A stretch of DNA of 63,703 nucleotides, counting the filler, from Nemertoderma westbladi (lineage: Eukaryota; Animalia; Xenacoelomorpha): the NCBI GenBank assembly GCA_032718475.1. It is 4 parts of 4 records of this genome, joined end to end, with 100 filler letters (N's around TTAATTAATTAA, not from the genome) between each part and the next. Parts side by side here need not be neighbours in the genome. Positions count along the whole stretch, not along the records: positions 24,174 to 48,440 come from JAUCBJ010002466.1; 3 more parts are not named here. One strand, 5' to 3'. A program made the translations under genes and the position numbers. Under the pieces are notes generated by a model. The model was not told the DNA's origin. It did not search any database and saw only the letters and a program-made list of their open reading frames with translations. Positions 26,326-37,900 of this stretch are shown here, in pieces. Each line of letters begins with the position of its first letter. The stretch's first letter is position 1.

Positions 26326-26519
26326 CAAAATCAAGGAATGTTTTGTATTATAAACTAGGGGATTCGCAAAGGGGTGAAAATTTTGTCTTTGTCAGGTTCC
26401 ACCTCAGTCAAATTGGTTGCGCTCACGCTTATGGGGGGGGGGGGGGGGGGGGGGGGGTTGTTACTACCCTATTGTATTACGGCAATTCAATTCCTATATT
26501 AATGATTGTGGCCCTCATT

Positions 26520-26876
26520 AGACAATGGGCCATTTAAAAGGAAGTGGCCCATTCATGACAATGTCCTATTTGAGCCACTTAAATATCAAATAGCCCTCAG
26601 TAGTGAATAGACAATGTTCGTAAGGGACATTTAAAAGGAAGTGGCCCATTTAAGACAATGTCTCATTTGAGCCACTTAAATGTAAAATGGCCCTCAGTAA
26701 ACAATGTTTGTAAGGGCCATTTAAAAGGAAGTGGCCCATTTAAGACAATGTCTCATTTGAGCCACTTAAATGTAAAATGGCCCTCAGTAAACAATGTTTG
26801 TAAGGGCCATTTAAAAGGAAGTGGCCCATTTAAGACAATGTCTCATTTGAGCCACTTATATGTAAAATGGCCCTAG
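26520..26876. repeat. 90-bp tandem repeat, about 4 copies; related unit at 28325-28405
   Basis: GGGCCATTTAAAAGGAAGTGGCCCATTTAAGACAATGTCTCATTTGAGCCACTTAAATG repeated with period 90. Confidence 0.9.
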
Positions 26877-26899
26877 ATGGCAATAGATACGAATTGATT

Positions 26900-28086
26900 T
26901 CTATATCTTGTTACTCGCATTACATGTGTTTTACGTTGGTTCTAAATTCATTGGAATTAGCAAGTCGTTAGACTTGATTACTGTAAGAAAAAAAAGCTAC
27001 TGGCTACTGGCTACTGACTACTGACCTAGAGCAAAAACGGCTCTAACGATTTTGATGAAATTTTGCATGGACCATGAAAATGGATTTCTAAGGGTACTTG
27101 TGAAATCGCGGTTTAAATTGAAACATCTCAACTTGTTTTATTTCGAAAAATAGCCCCAAAACACTAAAATTGCCATAGGCGCAATGATAAAACACCAGCT
27201 GGCACTCATGAAAAATGTATAGAGATGGCCTGGTAATGCATTCAATAGGAAGGCCAACTAACAAAGAAGTACTTTCTCTGCCAAGTTTTATTATCACTCT
27301 ACTATACAACCCAGACAGTAAACAAACATTAATTTGTTTAACTGGCTATTACAGTTTCAGCTGAATAACTCTTCCCAAAGCATCCTTGCTATGTTAATTA
27401 ATTGGCGTGCAAGCTAAATGACTGTTAGTTACACAGTGTGTTGGCTACACAGTGTATTGTAATATGCTCTCATCGCATTATTGTTTTATTTTGAAATCTT
27501 TGTGCCAACATTAATACTGTGGAGGCTGTATGCTTATAAGGCTGAATATTTACTCAGCCTCAAAATGATTCTCCATAAGGCTAACATTATTGTTTGAAAT
27601 ATAAAAATCTGTTATAATAATAATATAATTGTTATATTTAATTAATATCGTGGTTTACATTGAACAGTGTAAATTGTTAATTGTGGTTTACATTGAAACA
27701 TCTCAACTTGTTTTATTTATTACAAAAATAAGAACGAATTTGTCTTATCACTTCATGTGCGCGATTGTATTGAATTCATGACAACTGCTGTTGTTGTTAT
27801 TAATCAATTGACACCTCGACTCCTCTCTGAGACTCCGACTACTCTATCCGATAGAATAAAATAATCATTTCGCTAACTGCTATCTATCTTCTATAATCAT
27901 AACAGCTTTTATAATTCATTAGATGATTACAACATAATAATTATAGTTTGAAGTTGTCTAGAAAAATGTTCGTACACCACCAGGACTACCCTCACACTAA
28001 TTTATTATCAGACAGAACAAAAAGCTTTTACTTGATTCGTACTGTCCCCTACGACTTGCTTCACGGGCCGCTAGGCCCGTCTCTAG
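26900..28086 (+). mobile_element. Non-autonomous Helitron-like element
   Basis: 3' hairpin ACGGGCC-GCTA-GGCCCGT (28063-28080), then CTAG|T. Near the 5' side are a short tandem (CTACTGG)n and CGATTTTGATGAAATTT. The 5' TC start is approximate. Confidence 0.6.
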
Positions 28087-28099
28087 TAAATACATACGG

Positions 28100-28295
28100 C
28101 TTTAGACATTTCAAATTGTATTTTTCGGAGGTGTGTGCCAAATTAATAATAAACAAAACTAATAACAAAATTTTAATAAAAAACTTCCCAAGAAATTGGA
28201 ATATTTATAATCAGCGCCCCAGAAAACCTAAAAATGTGAATTTAAGCATGCTAATAAGAGTAAATTTTTTATTATTATTTCCGGTATGAATAGGG
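28100..28295. mobile_element. Right end of a piggyBac-like element related to 22052-23618
   Basis: Shares AATCAGCGCCC..GAAAACCT..AAATGTGAATTT with 23143-23180; ends CCGGTATGAATAGGG|TTAA. Confidence 0.6.
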
Positions 28296-29205
28296 TTAAA
28301 GGTGTAAAAAGGGTAAAAAGTTAAAGTGGCCCATTCAAGACAATGTCTCATTGGAGCCACTTAAATGGCCCTCAGTAGACACTGTTCCTAAGGGCCATTT
28401 AAATTGGTCTGGGTCCTTCAAGACAAATCTCCCATTGGATACACGCAATGAAGGAAATGTCATATCATAGCATAGCATAGCATAGCATAGTATAATACCA
28501 TAGCATACATACATAACATAATGCATAACTATATAATAATTCAGCTGGTCGAGACAATGACAAATATAGAATAGGCCCTATAACAATATTATATATATAG
28601 AATAATAATGAAATTTATAGAGGCACATAAATAATGGCTATAATAATGTAGCACATACTGAGTTTGTAAGGCTGAAGTGTTTTCAATACTAACTGCTAAT
28701 GGATTATATTCCTGTCACTAGAATATCGTTTCTAGTAGTCGTGAAATGTTAGGATACATACCTAACATAACATCTACAATTAGTTATCATAGCATGCATA
28801 GCATACATCTTATATCAGCAAACCAAACATAAACTGTAGCATGCCCTAAGACTAAGGGTCGGACGATAGCATGCCATAGCATAGTTATATACCATACCAT
28901 ACATACCTTAAATAGCATGCAACATTGTAATCCTAAAGTATATTTCATTGTTTTTTAGCTTTCAAACTATGTTCTGTTAAACTGTAGTGGCCGCTAAATG
29001 AATCAAGTTTCCATAATTATTCATGTGTATTCATGTTGTATTTGTGCAAATTATCAAACCTTCCGTTTGGCACAGTTTAGTGAAGTACAAGAGACGGCGA
29101 AACACATAATAACAAAGAATCGAATATAGTGGCTGCAGATATGGTTTGACAGATGGGAGCTAGGTATATTAGGTAGTATTTCAAGGTCTACCTTTTTTTT
29201 TTGCC

Positions 29206-29270
29206 TGAGCCGCTAGCGGAATGGTACGAGCGCCCAACTGGCGGTCACCACTTCGATCCCATCTGGACGT
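29206..29270 (+). other. Degenerate tRNA-derived (SINE-like) head
   Basis: A-box-like TAGCGGAATGG and B-box-like CTTCGATCCC at tRNA-like spacing; no full cloverleaf. Confidence 0.3.
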
Positions 29271-29554
29271 CATTCTCGACTTTGCTAAGCTGTGCCCAAC
29301 AAAAGTTATAATAATTATTCATGAATCAATAATTATTGCTGTTCAATTTATTTCAGGGAAATTCGTTGAGTAGAAACATATGTAATTATCAGATTCTGCA
29401 TTTTTGCACTTTTTTTTTAAGAAAACAACATTTCATTCGTGAGTATAAAGTTCTACAAACGCGACTAGTTTATTTTAGTAGCTAGCGCACGGTATCATTT
29501 TAGTCAGAAAATCACTAAAACCTAGTAAAAGGAATTACCCGAAATTGTTTTATT

Positions 29555-29963
29555 TGTAACACACCCACACACACACGCCCTAAAACATATCGCCCTTAAA
29601 GTTCTACTAGCTATAGCGTACTATACATTACGTTAGGAGGAAATTATTTGTATTTGTACAATTAGGATCTGATTTGATTGCGGCAAGATAAGGAGCATTT
29701 CACTTTCGTTATTAAACTGTTGTTTGTCTGGACAACGGTATTGTTACATTTAGGCCTGACCCTTTAGACTGATTTCGTACAGGGGGATCAGTTATTGTTA
29801 CATTTAGGCACGACTTTAGGCTGATTTCGACAGGGATGATCAGCATTGTTACACTAGGTCTGTTAACCACCTAGTTCGTATATAAACCATATAAATCACA
29901 CCGCGGCAAGTTACTGTATTTAGGACTGTCAGTGATAGTTAGGATTCGCTGCGCGGGGATTGT
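29555..29963. repeat. Truncated copy of the LTR-like sequence at 1-567
   Basis: 29687-29963 matches 2-278 with few differences. TGTAAC at 29555 is a candidate start. Confidence 0.75.
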
Positions 29964-31144
29964 AAAAAATACTAGCATTATACCATAAAAAATCTTTTTG
30001 CTAGCTAGTATTTTAAGAAATATTCATTTCATTGAAGAATATATTAATGACCAAAATAATTCATACATGGGTCAGACACACTTACGGGCTGTACAGGTTC
30101 TCCAGAAATGGAAGGACTCCATTGAGGAGGATCAACGTAACAGTCAAAAATATGTCAAGCAAAACCTCAACACGGTTGCTACTATTGCATTCCAGGTTCA
30201 GAGGCAGTTGGGCACCACTGATCAGGGTTTTGTAGAACTGTCAGTCTGTGATATTGGGCAGTAGAAGTTGGTGATGGTAGAGGAGCGTGAGAAATGTGGA
30301 ATAAAGAGGGTGGAAGTTTAGATGGCCGCCTGAAGCGGATCAACTGGTGCAGATTAAACATCATCTCACCTACGATCCAAGGTCTCCTTGGCCAGAGAGG
30401 CTATCAAGAGCTTCCACAAAACTATCACCCTTTGGTCATCCCTAGAGAGACAGGAGAAGGAGGTAAACTCAATGATTGAGTTTGATGATAAGACTCTGAC
30501 AGATGCCCTGTTTCTTGTGAATGATGAGAAAATCCTTCATTCTACACCTGTACTTACTATTGATTAATTTCACGAGTTGTCGTTGACTTATCAGTTTGTC
30601 TCTCCGAACAGCCAAGTATTCGCGGCAGTGGCTCTTCCGTACGGGAGGGCCGCAATCGTTCGCCGCCTATTTACTTTCTTTTATAATTAGAGCCATTGTG
30701 TCAATTATTTTCTTCCACCACTGCGTGGAACTTCGTGGTATTTATTGCTATTTCAAAATATATTTTAGAAGGAAAAAAGTTCTGGAAGGGCCATACCTCA
30801 CTACTTGTTAATTAGAGCCCCCTAGTGGATCATATTAGTATTTCATTTACATCTAAGCAAGTTTGTTGGGTATGCTCAAAAGTTATATATTCGCACTGGC
30901 CCTTATCGGCCAATGCATATATATATATATATATAGTTGATGTATCAGCAGCTAATTATTAGTATTCTGGTGCGATCCAACGTATACGTTCACGTTCCCA
31001 AAGAACTTATTGTTGCTAAAAATGGAGTCCATGGTCCTCTCTATAGAGCCATCAGTACACTGTACCGTGGTAGTCGTTGATAAGGATGTAGTAGTGGTCG
31101 ATGCGGTGGAAGCCATCATAGCTTGAGGCAATGTCGTGGTATTG

Positions 31145-32326
31145 TTATCCGCATCTAAGGCAATTTTGCCGCCAGATATAACGTTTGAGAGGGTGTTGCT
31201 CACACTGTACTGTGCCGTTCCAATAGCGGGATGTCGTGGCCAAACTTGAATGGCCAAGTTGTTTCTGGGCATATGTCGCTGGTAGATGTTGGTCAATAAT
31301 AGCTTGAGCAGTTGTCTTCCTATATGACATCGGGGTGATCTTGCGACCATCCGTGTTGATTCCAGAGCGTTTTACAACATCTTTCATTATCTGACCGAAG
31401 GTATTCTTCCCAACGGGCTGGTTGCAAAACCATGATGCGCCATCCTTAGGTTGATTGGGTTTCGGGCGAACCCAATAGGGGTCTTCATCTATTATTTTCC
31501 CGTTGGGGTACCGTTTCTCCATGTATTTTTCATTCAAGAACACGGGATATACATCACGGTCTGTAGGTACCTCGTACGCCTTTGGGATAACCACTCTATC
31601 TGGGTGTGGAACCCTTTCTGGTTTTAGTATTTCGCACTTTGAGTTGTAGGAAGTGAAGACCCTTCTTTTGGTCAAAGTACTTCTTCACATCACCAACCAT
31701 CATGTTTCTCATTTCTAACCCAGGGCGGCAACCAAATTGTGTTGTTCAAACAACGTACTGTACAATGTGTTTTGCAACACCTGTGGGGTAGAATGTCCCA
31801 GCTGCCCACTTGACTTCATGATGGAAAAATCATGGGAATCCATTGGGTCGCTGGCATTTGGGTTATGACCCTTGCCATCGGCCTTGAGCTGCGACTGCCT
31901 GGCACGAAACACCGCCTTTGTGTCTTTAAATTCTTTCAGCTCGAGGACATTCCCAATACATAGTTCCTTGTAATGACGCAATAGGCCATAGAAGTAACTC
32001 CTAAGGGTCGAGGTTTCTAGCTTTTCTCCTGATTTTTTTTTGTATCTCTTAATGAAATTATTTGTGTGGTATGCTAGTTCCTCCATACTCATACATGTTA
32101 TTTCTTTGGTGCATTTGATGAGACGCAGGTAATTTTTTAGCGCTGCTACTGCACTCTTTGTTGCCTCGTTTGTGTTGCTATTTTTATTGGTGGTAATATA
32201 GTTTTTATCTTCTATTTCTTCAGAGAGCCGCAGAAGGTCTTCATCATTGATGAAATCATCGTCTATAGTTACTAAATCGTCATTCAGTGAAACAAACATC
32301 TCATCGAGATTATCTTGTTCCATCAT
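31145..32326 (-). pseudogene. CryptonA-type tyrosine recombinase (DUF3504-like)
   Basis: NTNEATKSAV, KKKSGEKLETSTL, TPQVLQN, FGCRPGLEMR (after a frameshift near 31740), WFCNQPVGKNT, ITPMSYRKT, LGHSS...SRY. Confidence 0.88.
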
Positions 32327-33054
32327 TGTGAGCGAGGGATATTTTAGTGCGACGACTGTGGTACTAGTTAGTTATGGCACGCTTACTAATGTACTTAAGT
32401 AAAAATTTGTATAGTTCACAAAAGTTGGCTAACTTAATAACGATAAATAGATATTAAAGTTCCACCTGTGGCTACATTTATTTATTACAATGCGCTGCCA
32501 CTAGTTGTGTGAAATTCGAGCTCTTAGAAATGTTTCAGAAAATAATTAATACGTTCATTGATTTAACATTAGCAGTGAATAATATATAAATTAATTAGTT
32601 ATTAGTGTAAATATTGTAATGTATTATAGCGTCAAGAACATAGCGTTATACATAAGTTTATTAATATTATTATTTAATTATGTTCTTGTAGATTTCGTTA
32701 TTATGGGTGTATCGTTCCGCCCGTGGCTTCATTTTGTTCTTATAATTCCAAAAAAGTTTCTAGAACAAATAATATTTATTCCAGAATATTAATTTCATTT
32801 AAATATAGCTAACATGTTCAAAACATTTAAATAATTGCAAAATTAGAAAGCAAGAAAATTATCTGGAAAAAAAAAATTTGTTCTAGTACATGTTAATACA
32901 GTATATGTTCTAAAAGAAATATTTTTGTCCTAGAATTGGATTGATTATTTTAATCAATGGCTAACAAGTTATAGAATAATTTAAAAGACAACATACAAAA
33001 AACTAGTATGAAAGTACCAGAAAAAATATTAATGTATCCATAGGCGGAACTGCC

Positions 33055-33709
33055 TGTAAGCGAATTCAATTATACTTCATTGCCCACCAGAAAATGGGAC
33101 TAGTGGCATTTTAGCAATATGTTGGGGATACGAGATTACCAATATTAATCTCGTATCATAACCAACATTGGGGGGGGGGGGGGGGGGGGGGTCACAAGCC
33201 CCAAAGCCACAGAGAAATGTGAGATGTCAAACCACCTCGGAGGGAAGGCAGCTAGTAAAGGCTAGCAGCGAAGGGGAAACACTCCCAGGGAGTGCCAAAT
33301 TGACAAGTAGTATATTAGCCAATAGTGGGGAGGGAAGCACGTGATAGGGAACAGGAAAGCATCCATTGGGTAGAGGGCCAAAGGTAGAGTAGGAGGTAAA
33401 CCAATATTCGATGTATTAATCATATATTATCTTACATTACTGGTTTACCGGTCAGTTGTGTTATTCAGTTCAGTGAGTGCACACCGGTCATAGTTAATGA
33501 CGCCACCACCATACCGGTAACAATCAATCTGAATTTTCTGCTTATATCAGTCTGACGTGCTATTATCGTCCATATTAATTAATATCGAGAGACAACAGGA
33601 ACTTTCACTGTATTTCCCAGACGGCCTCGGCCAAAGCTAGTAGCACGATCCCCAGCAGAATGGTGACGCGTACATTTCTAACCCGGTCGGGATCTCCTAT
33701 CCCGTCACA
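33055..33709 (+). repeat. 5' LTR of BEL/Pao #2
   Basis: Homologous in order to 43257-43398, 46155-46432 and 46929-47382; TG...CA ends. Confidence 0.85.
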
Positions 33710-33765
33710 GTCATTAACTTTACCACCTGCCAATAAACTGTGACTGCAAGAACAAAGAGATCGAG

Positions 33766-34890
33766 ATGAGCGATAGGGAGCCCCGATTATCAGAGGGAGA
33801 GAGGACGCCGCCGCAGACCCCAGATGATACCAACCAAACGATCCATGAGGCCGCGATGAGATGGTATCAGCCTGCCACGCCGGATTTGCCAATGAGAGAC
33901 GATCCGGCTGCCCAAGCGGAGGGCGGCCGTCAACCACAAGAGGGAGACGAGTCGATGCACGATTGCGGATGGAGTACCGAAGTAGCCGGCCAGCCACAGG
34001 CCGAGGACAACAGACGGCCCACCGGAGCGGCGACGGTGGGGCCGCCGGTACCACGCCGGATGAGGAGAGGAGGAGAAGTTGGCAAAGAGGATGTCGGGAC
34101 GAGTGATCGGCTACGACGGGCCTACAACGCCACCAAGAAGTTACCTAAGGAGGCCAAAGAAGGGAGAAAGGTAGACCAGCCTAAACTACATCAGAGGCTT
34201 GGTGAGTCGAATAAACATTTTCAAATATTTAGTCCGTTTTGGACAGGGAGAACTGGGGAGTGAGAGAGCGAGGGGGGTCGCCATGGAACTGTTTGAATTG
34301 TGGCGATCCTGGGTAATGGAGCCTGAAGTAGTGTACGTAGGGCCTTACTTAGTGGCTGCTAGGGGAATTAAGTTTGTGGGTTGGGCGGACCCGCACGAGG
34401 GCGAACCCGAGGTTAACCCCGAGGATTCGGTGTCATCGGTTAGCGAGAACCCCAGAAAGCGGGGGAAAGTTAGTAGGACAGAGAGGCGACGGAAGTCCGT
34501 CACGACCGATAAGTCCGCTATATCCTCTGCAAAAGCAAGAAGTGTGTTGGAGATAGATCTGGCGTAGATCGATAGATCGATAGATCGCGGAGTTAGAGAG
34601 GCTGCTGGACGAGGGAACTGCGTTATTAGAGAAAGAGAGAGAGTTAGCGAGGGAATGTAGAGAGAAAGCCGAGAGGGTGGCGAGAAACTGTAGAGAGCAG
34701 GAAGAGAGAGAGATAAACGAGTGCGAGGAGCGAGAGGCGAGAATAGAGAACGAGCGCAAAGAGTGATAGGCGAGAATAGAGAACGTGCGCAAAGAGCGAG
34801 AAGCAAGAGAGGTAGCGAGGGCAGAGAGAGAAACGAACGAGCGTAGAGAGCGGGAGGTGCGAGAGATAGAAATAGCAAACCAAAGTTTGC

Positions 34891-34922
<32 letters not shown>

Positions 34923-37900
34923 CGGGAAAGCGTATGTGGGATGATATGCATTTGCATACCCGGCTGAGGGGGCTTATGCAATATCAGGCTAAGCAAAAGC
35001 GCCGATTAGAACTGCCGCAGTTGGGATTATCTGAGAGTGAGGCTGGCTCGGGTAGTATTTACGAGGAGCCAGAAGTAATGGAAACGTTTGTTAATACCCC
35101 ACTTACAGGGACTGGACGACAGACCCAAGACTGGTGTAACCGCACGGGCGGGGGGGGGGGGGGGGGGGGTAATAATAATACGTTAGAAGGCATTAATATT
35201 AATAGTACTGCAGTGGACAACCCTAATCAAACTTTCATTGCAGGAAATAATCTTTTACCCAGCAGTAATAATTTAAATCAAAATATACAAAATAATCCAA
35301 ATAATCCTAACTTAAATATACAAAGTAATTCAAATAATTCTAATTTAAATACGCAGAATATTCTAAATAATAATCCTGATTCAGAACAAAATAATTTAAA
35401 TAATTTAGATAATAATATTGTTGGTAATGGTGCTATTAATACGAATGCAGGAAACATAGGTGGTCCAACCAGTGAGAGCCTGCAAGGGCACATAGTTAGT
35501 ACGCAGGGAGTAGCGGGGGTGAGAGACCCCGACGGGAGCCAGCAAAGCCACGGAGTTAGGCAGGGAGCAGCGGGGGTGAGTCAACCCAACGGGAGCCTGC
35601 CAGGCCACGCAGTGGTAGAGGGAGAGGCAGGGGTGAATAGACCCAGCCGCAGTAGAGATAGTGCGTTGACCAGAGAGGGGCGTAGAAGCGAAGTAAGAGA
35701 TAGTGGAGTGATAGGTGGCGAGTGGGGAGGGGGGGGGGGGGGGCTACGGGCACCCCACGACGAGAGATTAGTGGTGAGAGGGGGGGGGGGGGCAGAGAAT
35801 GTCCCGCAGGCATCGGCGGACAATGCGCGGGGCGAGTTAGGTGAACCGCAGCACCCGGCGGCGGAGAATAGTAGGGGGATTACAAATATCTCCAGCAGCG
35901 TCCGACCGGCTAGAGAGAGGGAGGTTGGCGTCGTGAGCGGGTGAGCAACGAGACGTTGAGCCCAGTCAGAAGACGGAAGAAGAACAGTGGAGTTTAACCG
36001 GGAGGTCGACGAGAGATCTCATGAGCGGGGACGCTACACTGAAGAGAGAAGAAGAGAAGAGAATAGAAGAAGCGTCGCTACGAGCGACTGGAGAGCGAGG
36101 ACGGATAGCGATCCGTTGGTAGTAGAGATGGAGTTGGAGAGTCAGTGGGGTCGAACTCCGGGAGATTGCCGTCACCCCAGAGAGACACAGCCTGGCGAGG
36201 TTTATTATATGCCGGGAGAGGGGTACAGAACGTACCGGTACGAGGATGAGAACAGGAGAGGGGATCGAAGAGAAACTTCCCGACGGGATATAGCTGCCGA
36301 TCGAGGGTACAGTAGTCACGGGGAGGACTTCTTGGATTATTCGAGAAGGTTAAACTTCGGTCCGGAGGGACACAGGCAGACTGCAGGACATACTGTAGGC
36401 CTTACTGCACATACTATAGGCCATGCTGGAAGAGATAGTGTAGGCGATAGGGTAGCACAAACAACGGGATTAGATCCGGAAGTCGTGGCGTACATACCGG
36501 TAGGTAGGCAGGAAGTGGATAGGCCTATACCGGTACCAGCACAGCAGTATGACTATAATATGCAGGGACATAACATATACCCAGGGGAGGGGGGAGTTAT
36601 TGCCGATAGGTGTATGGGTCCCAATATATTAACATCAACCCCAGTACCAAACATAACACTGGTGGGGGGGGGGGGGGGGGGGCAGGGTGACAATCCCCCA
36701 TTACAATATCAACAATACACTCAAACAGGATTAAGAACATCGAACCCCCTGGACCAGAACAGATCGTGCGACACAGAGATATGGAGGGGGCTGTTACCAG
36801 GTCACCAGGTAACAGAAGTCGTCCACATGCTCAAGCATACCATCCTTTGAGCTTATGCTCATCCGATCAGAGACTTGCTCAGGACTTTCAAAGTTGACTG
36901 TCAAAATTTTGGTCTTTCTGGAGTTAATAAAAAGACCAACACTAGAAGCAGCATGTTCTAATGAGCTGAGGAGCCGTTGGGCTCCCTCTAGTGATTCTGA
37001 GAGTACTCCTAAGTCATCAGCAAAGTCTAGATCAGTTAGGTACTTGGCAGGATTTCCTCGACTTCTGGTCGAGGTCATCCAAGCAAGATCATCCAGCAGA
37101 CCTTGAGGGGAATAACATTGGGTGGCCTACAGGATAACCCTGTTAGTATAAAGACTTTCGCGAACAAGGTCAAGAAGGCGCTCATCGTGCTAAAGACGCT
37201 AGGTGCGCCATACGAACTCGACGCATCGAATAACATCACCACGATAGTGCAGGCACTGCCGATCTGGCTACAGAATAAATGGAGGAAGATCGCCTTCTCC
37301 ACCCGAGAGAAGAAAGGTGCGGAACCGGGCCTAGAGGAAATGTCGAACTTCCTCAATTACGAAGCAGAATTGATCACGGACCCAGTCTATAGCGAGGATA
37401 GTATGGGGAGGGCGCCGAAGACTGAATATAACAGGCCAAAACCAGAACAGAATGCGGCAAATGCATTACCAAAGCTTAGACAATCGCTGCCATATGCGGC
37501 GACACAGGGGACTGCTAGTCCACATATAGCCGGGGGTAGGGCCACACCATGGCATGGACAGGGGCAAAATAACAACACAAATAAATACAACCCCAACACG
37601 CCCAGTAGGTCAAACCCAAACAATAAGAACAGTAGGGAACTAGGCATGAACGTAAGTGCGATACGCAGCGCATTGTATAGGGACGGCTATAATCCGAGAA
37701 ACAAATGCCAATTACATTCGAACACACTTCATCAGACCATGATGAACTGCAGGTACTGGCAAGCGTTATCCAAACAAGATCAGATAGAATACGCAAGGAA
37801 GAGTGGAATCTGTCATCGATGTGTGGCGAGCGGACACAAGGCTGAGCAATGTAAAGAAACACAAATTAAATTCGGTCAAGGCAAAGGGCAGATGATGGCG

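Noticed and set aside
25444-26876. Short repetitive ORFs (LELNSHP..., MSHLSHLNVKWP...)
   Set aside because: By-products of 21-bp and 90-bp tandem units whose lengths are multiples of three.
28460-28930. (ATAGC)n-rich stretch with a small ORF
   Set aside because: Degenerate pentanucleotide microsatellite.
34345-34996. Ser/Leu-rich minus-strand ORFs
   Set aside because: Antisense reading of the GA-rich, Arg-Glu-coding low-complexity part of BEL gag.
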